Of a DNA stretch of 64,000 nt, positions 25,261 to 37,695 are shown piece by piece. The notes under the pieces are model-generated. The model had not been told where the DNA came from. It saw only the letters and a list, made by a program, of their open reading frames with translations, and made no database searches. Numbering within the stretch: the stretch's first letter is position 1; every line of letters starts with the position of its first letter. The DNA comes from Octopus vulgaris (taxonomy: Eukaryota), in assembly GCA_951406725.2 (NCBI GenBank), contig OX597827.1, positions 56,358,001-56,422,000 of the forward strand, given 5' to 3'. A program made the translations under genes and the position numbers.

Positions 25261-26520
25261 TTAGGTCATTCCATAAATAATGCGTTTTTTTATACTTCTT
25301 TTATTTTTCAAAATTAAGAAAAACAAAGTTCTTTTTTAATCTAAAATATACACTCCGTCATTTTCTACAATGCTCTTCCACCTATCTGGTAGACTTGCAA
25401 GGCACTTTTTCCAAAAATCACTTGTCCGTTATGAAAAATACTCCTCCAGTACTGTTCTAACCTCATCTACAGAATTCATAATTTTTTGTGCCCAAATGAT
25501 TTTCAAGGCTGCAGAATAAATGACAACCAGATGAGGCAATATCCGACGAATATGGTGGCTGGGGCATCGTTTCCTATTCAAATTGCTTCAGCCTTTGGAG
25601 CAATGCTATCCTTACTGTATGTGGCCGATGGAAGACCACCTTTCATCTTGAAACCAAGGATGGTCATTTTTCTTCTGGTGCTGACTTAAGCTGTTCACCA
25701 TAGATCTCCTTTGTTATCATTTGGTTTGAGTTTAAAAGTTCAAAGTGACTAAATCTTTCATATCCCACCAAACAGATAACAATACCTTACGTGGATAAAA
25801 ACCTTCTTTAGCCTGGAGTGCTGGGATTTCTCCTTTCTTTGCCCACTATCTTCAGCGCTTGACATTTTTATAGAGAACCCATTTCTCATCACCAGTCACT
25901 ATTCAATCCCAAAAAGGTTTATTCGTGGGATATGACAGCAGAGAAGAGCACACATTCACTCTCTGTGCATGGTTAGACTCAGCAATTTTCTGAGGAACCC
26001 ATTGACCCAATTTCCTGACTTTTCCGATGGCACGCAGGTGATAATGAATGATTGAATGACCAAATCCAACCTTCTCTGCTAGTTCCTCAACAGTTACAAT
26101 GGGATTTTGTTCCACCAAGGTTTGCAGGACATCCTCATTGAGCTCTACAGATCTTCCAGGATGATGCTTGTCTTCTAGGCAGTAGTTTCCAGCCCAGAAT
26201 TACTGGAACCACTGTCTTACGCTTATTGTCCAATCCCCATACACTGCATTAATATTCCTCATACTTTCCATTGCATTGTTGCCTTTATTGAACTCATAAA
26301 GAAAAATATGCCAAAAACGCTGCTTTGTCACTTCCATTATAGTGTTGAAAAAATAACTGTTAAAATTAAATTGCTCTCTTCAAAACTTGCCCTAAGAATA
26401 AGTACAAGGTAAAATTACTACCTGCTTTTATAGTAAATTGATGCAGGTAGTTTATCCCATCCCCCTCCAACTTTTAGTTCAGGCAATTGAAAAAACTACA
26501 TTATTTAGGGAATGACCCAA
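25261..26520 (-). mobile_element. Near full-length mariner transposon, transposase pseudogene
   Basis: TIRs ttaggtcattccataaataatgcg / tacattatttagggaatgacccaa in TA context, ~1.26 kb. Minus strand: ATG 26337 MEVTKQRFWHIFLYEFNKG, WVPQKI (WVPHEL-like), IVTGDEKWVLY, PPYSSDIA. Stops and frameshifts. Confidence 0.92.
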
Positions 26521-27091
26521 TATATACATGCATACATACATGCATGCATGCATACATACATGCATGCATGCATACATACACACATACATACATACATGCA
26601 TACATACACACATACATGCATACATACACACACACACACACATGCATACATACATACATACATACCAAGTACACACCATCAGTAATTACTCAGGGTAGGC
26701 AGTTGGTGACCTTTATGTAGTAAAACACAAAAAATAAGTGAAACACAGGTGCATGACTGCTTGAAGGCACATCTATTTCTGCCTTTATAGCACGTAAAGA
26801 AAACAGTGTTGTAGAAATGTACACAGTACGTGTACTACAGCAGTACTATGCATAGCTTATAGATACTGAGAGTGAAAAGAAGGGGCAAATTATGCCTACC
26901 TAATCTACAAAAAATAAAACATTTTGCATTTTATGCATAATAATCAGACTAACTTTCATAATTTTATTGAATTAGTTGCATATTTTGCCATGAGAAGAAA
27001 ATGTTGCTATCGATCTATTTTATTCAAGGTAGGCAATGCCTACCTTGTCTACCTAGGCGGCACGTCCCTGATACATACATATATATGTGTG

Positions 27092-27127
<36 letters not shown>

Positions 27128-27209
27128 GGTCCCGGGTTGAGTCGGGGTTAACCACAGTAAATAAGGTACTCAATACATAGCAGAGAAAATTAATTTATTA
27201 TATAGAAGG

Positions 27210-27260
27210 AGCTTCTACAGGACTAGAACTGTTTCATTCAAAAGAAATCATCAGGAAGCT
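27210..27260 (-). ncRNA. Type I hammerhead ribozyme (identical copy on minus strand)
   Basis: Mirror image of 27257-27307 within the palindrome. Confidence 0.8.
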
Positions 27261-27307
27261 TCCTGATGATTTCTTTTGAATGAAACAGTTCTAGTCCTGT
27301 AGAAGCT
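27257..27307 (+). ncRNA. Type I hammerhead ribozyme (complete)
   Basis: AGCUUC-CUGAUGA-UUUC-UUUU-GAAU-GAAA-CAG-uucuaguc-CUG-UA^-GAAGCU: 6-bp stem I, intact core, stem III, GUA cleavage triplet ending at 27301. U-U mismatch at the base of stem II. Confidence 0.8.
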
Positions 27308-27322
27308 CCTTCTATATAATAA

Positions 27323-27354
<32 letters not shown>

Positions 27355-27387
27355 GTATATATGTGTGTGTGTGTGTGTATGTGTGTA

Positions 27388-27629
27388 TTCTCCTTTTACA
27401 TGTTTCAGTCATTTGACAGTGGCCATGCTGGAGCACCCCTTTAAAGGGTTTTAGTTGAAGAAATCAACCCCAGGGCTTATTCTTTGGAAGCTCGGTACTT
27501 ATTTTATCATTCTCTTTTGCCAAACCACTAAGTTATAGGGACATAAACACACCACTATCAGTTGTCAAGCTTTGGTAGGACGGGGATGCAAACACAGACA
27601 CAAAGGCACGCACACATGAATATATATAC

Positions 27630-27660
<31 letters not shown>

Positions 27661-27785
27661 GGGCTTTCAGTTTTTCTTTGCCAAATCCATTCACAATACT
27701 TAGGTCGGCCTGATGCTATAGTAGAAGACACTTGCCCAAGGTTCCATACAGTGAGACTGAACCCAGAACCATGTGATTGGGAAGC
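27388..27785 (-). mobile_element. SINE family A
   Basis: Reverse-complement tail and body with internal (TA)n. Confidence 0.8.
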
Positions 27786-28390
27786 ATATACACATGTGTA
27801 CATATATGGGTGTGTGTATGTATGTGTACTACTGTTCTCCAGCCTTGACATTACATGATGTTTATAAAGGAGTGTTACCATCATGTAAGCAGCATCTTCT
27901 CTTTTCAATCTTTTATGTAAACATGTCTAATCATGGGGAAATATTACCTCACTGGGAAACAACTGAAAATTGGCAACAGGAAGGGCATCTGGCCATAGAA
28001 AATCCACCTCAACAAAATTCTATCCAACCCATGCAAGTATGGAAAAGTGTATGTTAAAATGATGGAAATGAGATGAAAACGGAAAAGTCACTTTGTTATA
28101 TCTTTCTGTGTACAAGCATATCTATTCCTTTACGTCTAATCACGTCTAATGCAAGTGTAAAAGGATACATGTAAGCATATAAGCAATTCATGTACACACC
28201 CTTTTAATCATTTGTTATATTTTCCAATGCCAATAGCTATGCTGGAAAATATTTCTTTATTTAATTTTACATAAATGTCATCTATGCATTTAATTATTAT
28301 AGAAGCATTTTTTTTAAATGCACAACTGTCCTGTTATTTTCTCTCAGTACAAATATATATATATATATATATATATATTGTGTGGGGGTG

Positions 28391-28428
<38 letters not shown>

Positions 28429-29006
28429 TATATCTATATGTGTGTATATATATATATGATGAGGATGATTATATATATATATATGTATATATACATACAT
28501 ATGTACATATACATGTATACGTATAGATATAGATATAGATATACATACACACATATATATACATATATGTGTGTGTGTGTGTCTATATCTATATCTACAG
28601 GGTGCGGTGAATATATTGTCATCTAAATTACGCAAAAATGAAAATAACACTGATATCTCATTTTAACAGATATATTTACCAAAATTACATGACATTTTAA
28701 AAGATAGAAGTCAGCTAATGGCAGTCAATGGGGTTGCTGGACTGGCTCCTGTGCAGGTGGCATATAAAAAGCACCACTTCAGCATGGCCGTTGCCAGTAC
28801 CGCCTCACTGCCCCTTGGTGTCGGTGGCACGTAAAAGCCCTCACTACACTCTTGGAGTTGTTGGCGTTAGGAAGGGCATCCATTTGTAGAAACTCTGCCA
28901 GATCAGATTGGAGCCTGGTGCAGCCATCTGGTTTGCCAGTCCTCAGTCAAATCATCCACTCTATGCTAGCATGGAAAGTGCGCATTAAACAATGATGGTG
29001 ATGATG

Positions 29007-29037
<31 letters not shown>

Positions 29038-29474
29038 CATACACACACATATGAGGACATTTTGCAAACAAACTTAAAATGCCAAGTGAGTCAGTATTCT
29101 ACAGAAAATAAAGAAATTCTCAAATGCAGGATGGCTGTGAAGACAGCTTAAAAAATCAGGTATATACCCTTATAAGATGGGAAGAAGTGGCCATATATAT
29201 ATTCACACACACACATACACAAAATAGCAAATTGTTGGTTAATTGATTATTCAGTTCTAGTGTAAGGGTGAGAACTGTGTTACCTGAAGTTAATATTTAA
29301 TGGGGTCTTTTTTTCTGTTAGTGAAGCAAACTCGAGTTTCACAGAATGGAGTATATCTTATATCATCATCATCATCTTTTCTTCAATCTTCTTTTCTCTT
29401 CTATTTCAGTTATGAAATCATTAATACTGATTGCATACACACATGCACCTCTCTCTCTCTCTTTCTACTGTAAC

Positions 29475-31270
29475 AGGTTGCCTTGGAGCAAATGTACTAA
29501 CCCAGAAGGCTCCTTTGATGTGGCAATGGGTGCCTTGGACATTGCTGATGTATGTGACCTCATCAGTCTCTACATCCTAGATGTACTCAAAAAGAGATTC
29601 CCTTCAACTAGCTTTGGCCTCTACGGAGATGATGCACTGACCATATCAAGAGGAGCTAACGGTCACAGAAAAGACTTCACAGGTACCATGAACTCCCTTT
29701 GACCAAAGGTCATAATAGAAATCAACCTGAAAATAGTAGATTTCCTTGACATGACCCTGTACTTGGAATCTGGTGCCTATAGGCCCTTTAGGAAACCAAA
29801 TGAGCAGCTATCATACATTAACACAGGTTCCTGCCATCTAGCCATAGTGTTCAGGAACCTGGTTGTGGGTGTCAGCAAGAGAATCTCCAGCTTATCTCCA
29901 GACAAAGAGAGTTTTGATGCTGCCGCCCCATACTACAACTGGGCCCTGGCTGCCAGAAGTCTTGAAGATAGTATTAGTTACATGCCAGGCCCTAATTCCC
30001 CAAAGAGAAAGTGCCACTGGAAACTGTTGTGGTTCACGCCGCCCTTCTCTTTAAACATTAAGATCAGAGTAGGTAAGATCTTCCTTAGATTAATCAATAA
30101 ACACTTCCCCTGTACAAATAGATTCAACAAAATATTTAATAGACTTACTCTGAGAATATCTTTTAGCTGTGCACCTAGTGTAAAAAAGATTTTATAGGTA
30201 GGCCCACACCCAAAGCAGAGGCAGGATGCTCATGCAGAGGTAACACAACATGTCCACTAAATGCCTACTGTAACATGTAGAAAGTTGTATACGAAGCAGA
30301 GGTAACAGCCATGGGCAACCGAGTGTGCACAAGTATGTGGGGCAACAGAAGGCTCCTTCAGAACCCACTTTAACAACCAATAGTCCTCCTTCAACGTCCT
30401 GGGGAGATGCAACACCACAACCCTGGCCAAGCGCATTTGGTCTTTGAAAGAAAGTGCCACAGAGTACAATATAAAGTGGAAGATCTTGAAAAAGAGTAAA
30501 CTGTACTTCAATAGCAACAGGAAGTGCAGGTTGTGCCTGGCTGAGAAAGGAGTGATTTGAAAAAGTACCCAACGCCCTGATATTTACCTGAATTCAACAA
30601 CGCACCCAAGTGCACACACACCTCAACAAGGTGGACACCCATCAAATAGGCTATCTTCAATCACCCCCAACATATATTCCTTCATACACATTGTACCCCC
30701 ACACATCCCTAGACACCCCCTACACACACATTACACACCACACACTAACATAAAACCCCCCACGACCTTAACCAATACAGGAAGAGAACAGACAGACACA
30801 ATTATATATATCTATACCCCCGGAAAAAACTATACATATGATACCACTACACATATCACACACCCCATTCCCACAAGTGCATCATACTTAATAATGCACA
30901 CACTTCTCACAAACACTTCAAGATAACTCTTGCCAGCTTTACAGTGAATCCAACCAACCTAATCCTCTGCCCTTTTTCATTTCACCACCCTTTTCACAGC
31001 AAATGCAAACCAGATGTTTGAATTCACCTCTGACAATAGAGAACAGTCGCCATATTCTCTTCCATATTGGCTAACTCTGATGAGTATCAGGTTATATAAT
31101 TGGATTGTTGCCTAACACTTCATTGTATTCCTTGCATGAAACTGATTGGTAAGATCAGCCCTGATCGATATATAATACTATACATTTCGGATAATACACC
31201 CACTCTGTTGACAGATATATGAGTGCGTCTTTTCCCTGACTAATGGACTCTTAAACAACTCACCCGTGTA
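29475..31270 (+). mobile_element. Penelope-like retroelement (RT + GIY-YIG endonuclease + 3' pseudo-LTR), decayed
   Basis: RT motifs FDVAMGA..VCDLISLYIL, GLYGDDAL, VDFLDMTL, YRPFRKPN..SYIN..SCH; WFTPPFS; endonuclease region VVYEAEV..GATEGSF..CRLCLAEK. Hammerhead relic in the 3' part. Confidence 0.88.
31070..31159 (+). ncRNA. Degenerate hammerhead ribozyme in PLE 3' pseudo-LTR
   Basis: gctaact-CTGATGA-GTATCAGG...CCTTGCAT-GAAA-CTGATTGG-TA-agatcagc. Stem III looks like the CpG-decayed palindrome CCGATCGG. Confidence 0.55.
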
Positions 31271-31318
31271 CTTGTATATGTGTATGATTGTGTATGAATG
31301 TATGTATGTGTGTGTGAG

Positions 31319-31375
<57 letters not shown>

Positions 31376-32301
31376 CCCAATTTCTATTCCTGTATGTTAT
31401 ATATTTTGATACCACTACACATCACACACACCATCCCCACAAGTGCATCATACTTAATAGCGCACACTTCTCACAAACACACATTGTGGGTGGTTGATGC
31501 AACTCTAAGGTTGTGGTCTATGACGTGGGAGTAGTGCATGCCAGCAGCAATAGCACTGATCACAGTGCAACGACACCAGCACTGGCATCAGCATCGTGTC
31601 TGGCGTTAACAGTAGTAACAGCCGGTGACAGTGGCATCCTCAACAACAACAATAGCACCAATAACTTAAGGACATAACATGGAAACATGGGATGGCTCCC
31701 TTTAAATAGCAACTAAATAACCACATGTCCTCTCTTAGGATCCCAGAGAAAATCAACGTTACTTCTTTGGCCTACTACATATGGCGTTTAAAAGAAGATA
31801 AAACACCATACAGGATTAAATGGAAGCTTCCAGGACAGCCTGAATCATACCTGAATAGAAGCAGACGTTGCAAATTTTGTGTGGCTGAGAGAACAAGGAT
31901 CCTTAAAAAATTCGCTTGAATCAGAGGCCTTCTAAAATTCTATAAGTGAAGTGTTTACTTGGTACCCCCATATTACTGGATGCTGTGAGTAGTTCCCCTG
32001 AAGGAAGAGAATATGTTTGTTTGAGCGCATCCATTTTTCCAAAGTGAATGAGTTCAAATTTTCTTTATTTTACCGCATGTTGTATTTGTCCGCCAATTGG
32101 CTTACAGCATATAGATCAGACTGGAGTTCAGTAAGGTCTTCTATATCTTCTCTGTTTGCGAAGTAAATGAAAATTTAGTTAATTACTAATATTGGTTTTG
32201 TTTTGTTTCTCTTTTTTTACTCTTTGCATTATTGTTTCTCGTTCATTTCGAGATGCTCCCTGAAATATCTTGCCACCAACTTAAAGCAGTTAGTTTACTA
32301 A

Positions 32302-32716
32302 GGCGGCGAGCTGGCGAGAAACGTTAGCACGCCGGGCGAAATGCTTAGCGGTATTTCGTCTGTCTTTACGTTCTGAGTTCAAATTCCGCCGAGGTCGACG
32401 TTGCCTTTCATCCTTTCGGGGTTGATTAAATAAGTACCAGTTACGCACTGGGGTCGATGTAATCAAATTAGTCACTTTGTCTGTCCTTGTTTGTCCCCTC
32501 TATGTTTAGCCCCTTGTGGGTAGTAAAAAAATAGGTATTTCGTCTGCCGCTACGTTCTGAGCTCAAATTCCGCCGAGGTCGACTTTGCCTTTCATCCTTT
32601 CGGGGTCGATTAAATAAGTACCAGTTACGCACTGGGGTCGATGTAATCGACTTAGTCCCTTTGTCTGTCCTTGTTTGTCCCCTCTATGTTTAGCCCCATG
32701 TGGGCAATAAAAAAAA
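32302..32716 (+). mobile_element. SINE family B, young tandem (one full plus one headless) copy
   Basis: Head ggcggcgagctggcgagaa, B-box gagttcaaattcc, central gcctttcatcctttcggggtcgat..aataagtaccag. A second near-identical unit starts at 32534. Decayed copies at ~9147, 22120, 47903, 53105, 53335, 55000, 57385 and 58876. Confidence 0.85.
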
Positions 32717-33437
32717 TGTTATTTTACCTGATGGTTTCTTCAGAGTCGCCTCCCTTACATCACTACTCGCTGAAGTTACGCTTTCAAGTTACATTTGCTT
32801 GTGTGATAGGGAACCCTTTGCTAACACTCAAATTTGAACTCCACAACGAAATCCCCATGACGAAAAAAAAAATGTAAAGAAAGAAAAAAAGGAAAAGCCC
32901 AAAACAGTAATTTAACTTATAACACGTACAGATTAGTGAAATGAAAGATTCATTATTTTCCACAGCGCAGGTTCTTTACCGACAGGTTTTTCTGGACATG
33001 GAATGGGAAAAAGGTACTTCCCAACATCTTGCTGGTGCTTTTGTTTAATGGAATATTTATTCGTTTTGGGAAGTTTGTTACGTATGTGCAGCAGCTTTCT
33101 ATCTGACTTGTATCAGCTTACAGTTGTGTCACTTTTTGCTAGAGCAATCATTTGTTCTCTCTCTCGTCTCTCTTAGACATTACCTTTCATTAAATTTGCT
33201 TTTATATTCTGTTAAAATGATGCGCTACCTCCAGATTTCCCAGCCACCACCTAACCTAACGTTTCCCACCATCTTCATCTCCGTCTGTTCTTTGATGTTG
33301 CTCAACTACCTACCCCTTCGTAGTCTTAACGGGGGTTGGGGTTTGCCCATTCAAGTAAGGTGTCATGACGCCTTTGTTATACGACCAAATCACTTTATGA
33401 AAGTAAATAAAATATATATTTTAGTGTATTCATTATT

Positions 33438-33858
33438 GGGATCTTTTCGGCTTGAACGGCAGTTTTTTCTAGCGGTGTCATATGAAACTGTCACCCATAA
33501 TTATGACCCTAGTATCGATCTATTGCATTTCAATCTGTTTTAGGGTTAGGGTTAGGGTGGGGGGAAGAGTATCTTTTTATCTTCACAAATGTAAATAAAC
33601 CCAATCTGTTTCTTAAACGATGGACATATTCATACGGCACAGAATGTTTTTTTTTACCTCAATGGACGTCATTGATTGGTTGAAATTGCAGAAATTGAAG
33701 AAAAAAAAACAACAAATATCTTACAAACTATAGAATTTTCTCAATAAAGCCAAGAGAAAAGATGTTTTATAAACACATTCTACCAGTATACGAAGTTTAA
33801 CATTTTTTAGTTACCTAGAAATTATGTTAAAAACTGCCGTTCAAACCGAAAAGATCCC
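33438..33858. mobile_element. MITE with GGG..CCC TIRs and internal (TTAGGG)3
   Basis: gggatcttttcggcttgaacggcagtttt / aaaactgccgttcaaaccgaaaagatccc, flanked on both sides by attatt. Confidence 0.85.
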
Positions 33859-35262
33859 ATTATTGACATGGCTTTGTGAACAGCTTGGCAGAACGAAGTG
33901 AAAATAGCCTGCCTCAACGTGGATTTGACATCTAATTGCAGGCTCGGTTAGCTGGGAGGATAGATAACTCTAACTTTAAAAAATAATAAACAAATAAATT
34001 AGAGGAGGGTGGGGCTTGCCCATGACCTTTGCAGGCCCTCCTAGACTGATGAAATTGATGTCGCTGATGTCGAACCTGAACATCTGCGGTAAAGACGTGA
34101 GCTAGGATGGAAGTGGGAGTGTAGCATGAATGTTTGCTTGCTTGGAAACGATTCCACAAAAAAGAAAAAGAAGGAAAGAAAACCACCCAAAGACCAGATC
34201 GTATAGCTTTGAACCGGGACGTGTCAGGACAACGAGTTAGACTTTTGTGAATAAAGCTAATCAAGTTTTAAGGGAGCTATAGTATCGATTATATCTATAT
34301 TATTGGTACTTGCTTAAGTAATCCAGGGATATTTTGAAACTAAATTAAATATTTGGCATGTACTTTGGTGCTTGACAAAATGCTATTTGTCGTGTATTTT
34401 GCATCCAGATTGCTTTGTAGTTCGAGGTCATCTAAATAAGGTGAGCGAGAGAAACAACAGAGCGTCGAACAAAATACTTCGCGGTACATAGTTACGCCCC
34501 TTTCAATTCTGAGTTCAAATTCCACCCAGGCTGACTTTACCTTTTAGCTCATTCTAAAATAAGTACCGATCGAACCGATACATAAATATTGAATATGTGT
34601 ATGCGGTCACCTACCCCCAGAGAGCATGTCTTATTGAATGTACAAGTTACGTAACAACTAAACAGTTGAAAGCTTGTCTGCGGCCTAAAAGATTTTCAAA
34701 TAGCCCAGTCGGACCCGCCGAAAATAGGTAAATTATAGGAGCTACCTAATACTGTAAGCAGCAGTAGCAGTGTAAAATCGACGAGTTCAATTCCTCTAGT
34801 AGACTGCCAAACCGAATTATCGTGTATCTTTATGAGTAGATAGGTTATAGAATTCGCTTAAAATCAAGTCAGGATTCTGGTTTAAGCACCCCACACAACT
34901 TTTTTGCTTTTGGAATTTTCAGAAAATGTTTGCCCATTTGTGTTCTGCACATGGGAATTCATACGATTATGCAAAAATAATAAATTTTTGTAAAAAATTT
35001 AGGGGTGATTTATTTATTGTTTTTAGCACATCTCACGACCACCTGATACCTTCCTCGTTTCTTTTTCACTGACATGTATTGATGTTTTTCAATATTTTTC
35101 TCCCCATAAACACATTTAATGTAACGATTATGTTATCCAAGGGCGTTCCATTGTTTGATTGAAGCAAAGAATTCTGACTGTCCGTATTTCAAAGAAAAAA
35201 TCTGAAAAAGAGTGGAACTTTTAGGATTTCGCCGAAATCGATACTCCTCAATTAACGGGAGT

Positions 35263-35550
35263 GGAGACACATGGCCTAGTGGTTAGAGTAGCGGACTCGC
35301 AGTCGAGGGATCGCAAGTTCGAATCTCAGACCGGGCGATATGTGTGTCTCCACGCGGCTCCGGCAAAAGGTAATGGCGAACTTCTGACTCTTTCGCCACA
35401 ACTTTTTCTCATTCTTTCCTCCTGCATCTTGCAGCTCACCTGCGACGGACCGGCATCCCGTCCAGGTGGGGAACCTATACGCAGAGGAAACCGGGAAACC
35501 GGCCCTTATGAGCCAAGCATGGCTTGAGAAGGAACTAACAACAACAAACA
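35263..35550 (+). mobile_element. tRNA-derived SINE (family D)
   Basis: A box tggcctagtgg, B box gttcgaatc, central cctgcgacggaccggcatcccgtccagg, (AAC)n tail. No full cloverleaf acceptor stem. Confidence 0.75.
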
Positions 35551-36006
35551 ATTACCAGGAAAATGCTATTGAATGTATTGAATTGTTTTTCTGAAAATCA
35601 TTACTATTTTAGTCAAATTAGAAAAAAATAGATAACGTTTTAAAAAATGTTTTAAAATTATTAAAACAATAAAATTTCTCTTTTTTCCCTCTCTTTCTTT
35701 TTCACTTTGTCTATCTTTTTCTCTTTCTGCTCTTTCTCTCTCTGTGTATATCTCTCTTTCTCTTTCCCTGTCTGTCACCTTCTCTCTATCTGTGTATCTC
35801 TCTTTTTTTCCCCCTGTTTGTCTGCTTCTTGCTTTCTTTCTCCCTTACACCCATTCCCCTCCTTTACTGAGCAATCATATCTTCTCATACCCTTCCTGTT
35901 GTTCGTAGTGTCGCAGCAAATAAAGCTAACCTAAGGTATATATATATAGATATATAATTTCATTATACCGCATAAACGTGGCCTGCAGTGTGTACGTCTT
36001 GTAAGC

Positions 36007-36123
36007 ATGGACCCTGAAACTAAAAGCGCGCAAACAGCTACTGCCGGTGACCCTGCAAACACTATATTCGGCAAAATATTACGTGGTGAAATTAAAAGTG
36101 ACTTCATCTACGAAGATGACAAG
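36007..36123 (+). CDS. HINT1: Histidine triad nucleotide-binding protein (HINT1-like), exon 1
   Basis: MDPETKSAQTATAGDPANTIFGKILRGEIKSDFIYEDDK, AAG|gtttgt donor. TIFGKI..IYEDD is diagnostic; no mitochondrial leader, unlike HINT2. Confidence 0.93.
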
Positions 36124-36602
36124 GTTTGTTTATATATTTTTATCGGCATAATTTTTAGACAGCTTATTTCCTTGAACTTAATTTTCACTTTCGTCAATTT
36201 ATACATTAACAACTGGCGATTTACATACTGTAATATCTGAAGATTGATTTTACGAATATCTTCCGGTACAATGGTGCTCTACTGTTGAGCACTCGAGTAA
36301 AATAATTGATTTTAAAAAATAGTTAACGAGAGTTCAGTCCAGTAGTTTTGAGGTAGGTATTTAGGGTACTAGTACCGGTATTTAGACCTTAAAACTAAAT
36401 AGTATCGTTGCATTAGAGACAATAAAATTATTTAACTGTGTGTAGATACTGATAAACTCATGTCAAAAAACAGGAAACCAAATTAGGACGAGACAGTTGT
36501 TGAGAAATGCAGTGTGTGCACTTGTCAAGGTGCACACAGTCGACGAGATCTTGCATAGTTTGTTACTTGCTTGGCATACCTACACAAGTGGGTACTATTT
36601 AA

Positions 36603-36818
36603 GAAGAGTGGTCCCGGTGCGCGTAATCGCGCATCCGCGCTAGCTAGTCGTGACTATTCGATCCTACAACGACTACCTAGCAAAGTAAATAAAACACAAA
36701 ATAGATAATTTTTTTACACAAAGTAAATAAAACACAAAGTAAATAAAATAAAAACACAAAGTAAGGATCGACAAGTCACGACTAGCTTGTGTGAATGCGC
36801 GCACCGGGACCACTCTTC
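36603..36818. mobile_element. PIF/Harbinger-type (Tourist-like) MITE
   Basis: TIRs gaagagtggtcccggtgcgcg / cgcgcaccgggaccactcttc, sub-terminal agctagtcgtgact / agtcacgactagct, TAA duplicated on both sides, internal caaagtaaataaaa repeats. Confidence 0.8.
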
Positions 36819-37272
36819 TAATAAAATTTTCTACAATTATACTTCAGATGGTTTTAAATTCCAATTACATCGGAATTTATTGTGAACAAGTTTTTTTTTC
36901 CGAGGATGGGGCGAAGAGTTTCAAAAAATTCACTTGAGTTGGGGTTTTTTCCTCATAACTTTTCGAAAATAGAAATTTTTTTATTGAAATTTTCTATATA
37001 TATCTTTCACATGGTGTATATTACGATTATATCAGTATTTACCATGAAAAAAAAAACAAGTTCGCACATGCATACTGACACCCATCACGAAATGAAACTC
37101 GAAACTTCGAAAAAAAATTGGGTAAATTGTTGTGTGTCTATGTATTATAAAGGAATTGAAGGTTCCTGATACCTGTGGAGTATCACCTTCTCAGCCTCTT
37201 GGCTTCCCAGACCCCAGTCAAACCGTCCAACCCATGCTAGCATGGAAAACGGACGTTCAACGATGATGATGA

Positions 37273-37695
37273 TGTAGTCTTAAGGATATGGAACTGGAAG
37301 AAGAAGCTTATAATCGGATGCAATTCAATAATCGTTTATTTTAGTTCTCGTTCATGTGGCTCGTTCCCGATGACCATCTTCATGGCAGCATAAAGTTCGT
37401 TATAGCTCCGTTCACGTGTGGTTCATTATCTCTGGAGATAACAGGTGAGGTTAGAGCAGGTTAAAGTCCGCTGTGAGCTGCCTGCTTTGCAGTGTTTCTC
37501 GGTGTAAGCGAGAAGGAGAAAAGAGACTAAATGTCTTAATACACCTGCTTAAATAGTCATTGCCGACGAGAGTCTTGCTATGGTCTTGCACATGGCAAAT
37601 GGTTGTAGGTGAGATCTTGCTCTTGTCTCAGACATGGTAATGGTTGCTGCTGAGATCTCATACAAAATGGTGCTGGCTTTTTGTGCCATGCTATA
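37273..37695 (-). mobile_element. 3' LTR of Gypsy element
   Basis: Ends tgtag..ctata (TG..CA with one change). Polypurine tract GGGGGGTAGCCTC on the minus strand at 37696-37708. Minus-strand AATAAA near 37336. Confidence 0.65.

Larger units (their letters stand above)
27193..27324. repeat. Perfect 132-bp palindrome centred on AAGCTT
   Basis: The two 66-bp arms were checked base by base and are exact reverse complements. Confidence 0.95.

Noticed and set aside
34043-34090. CTGATGA motif (also 15257, 9021 and 44187)
   Set aside because: No GAAA with supporting stems.
35263-35336. Possible tRNA gene
   Set aside because: A/B boxes are present but the acceptor stem does not pair and the sequence continues into a SINE body.
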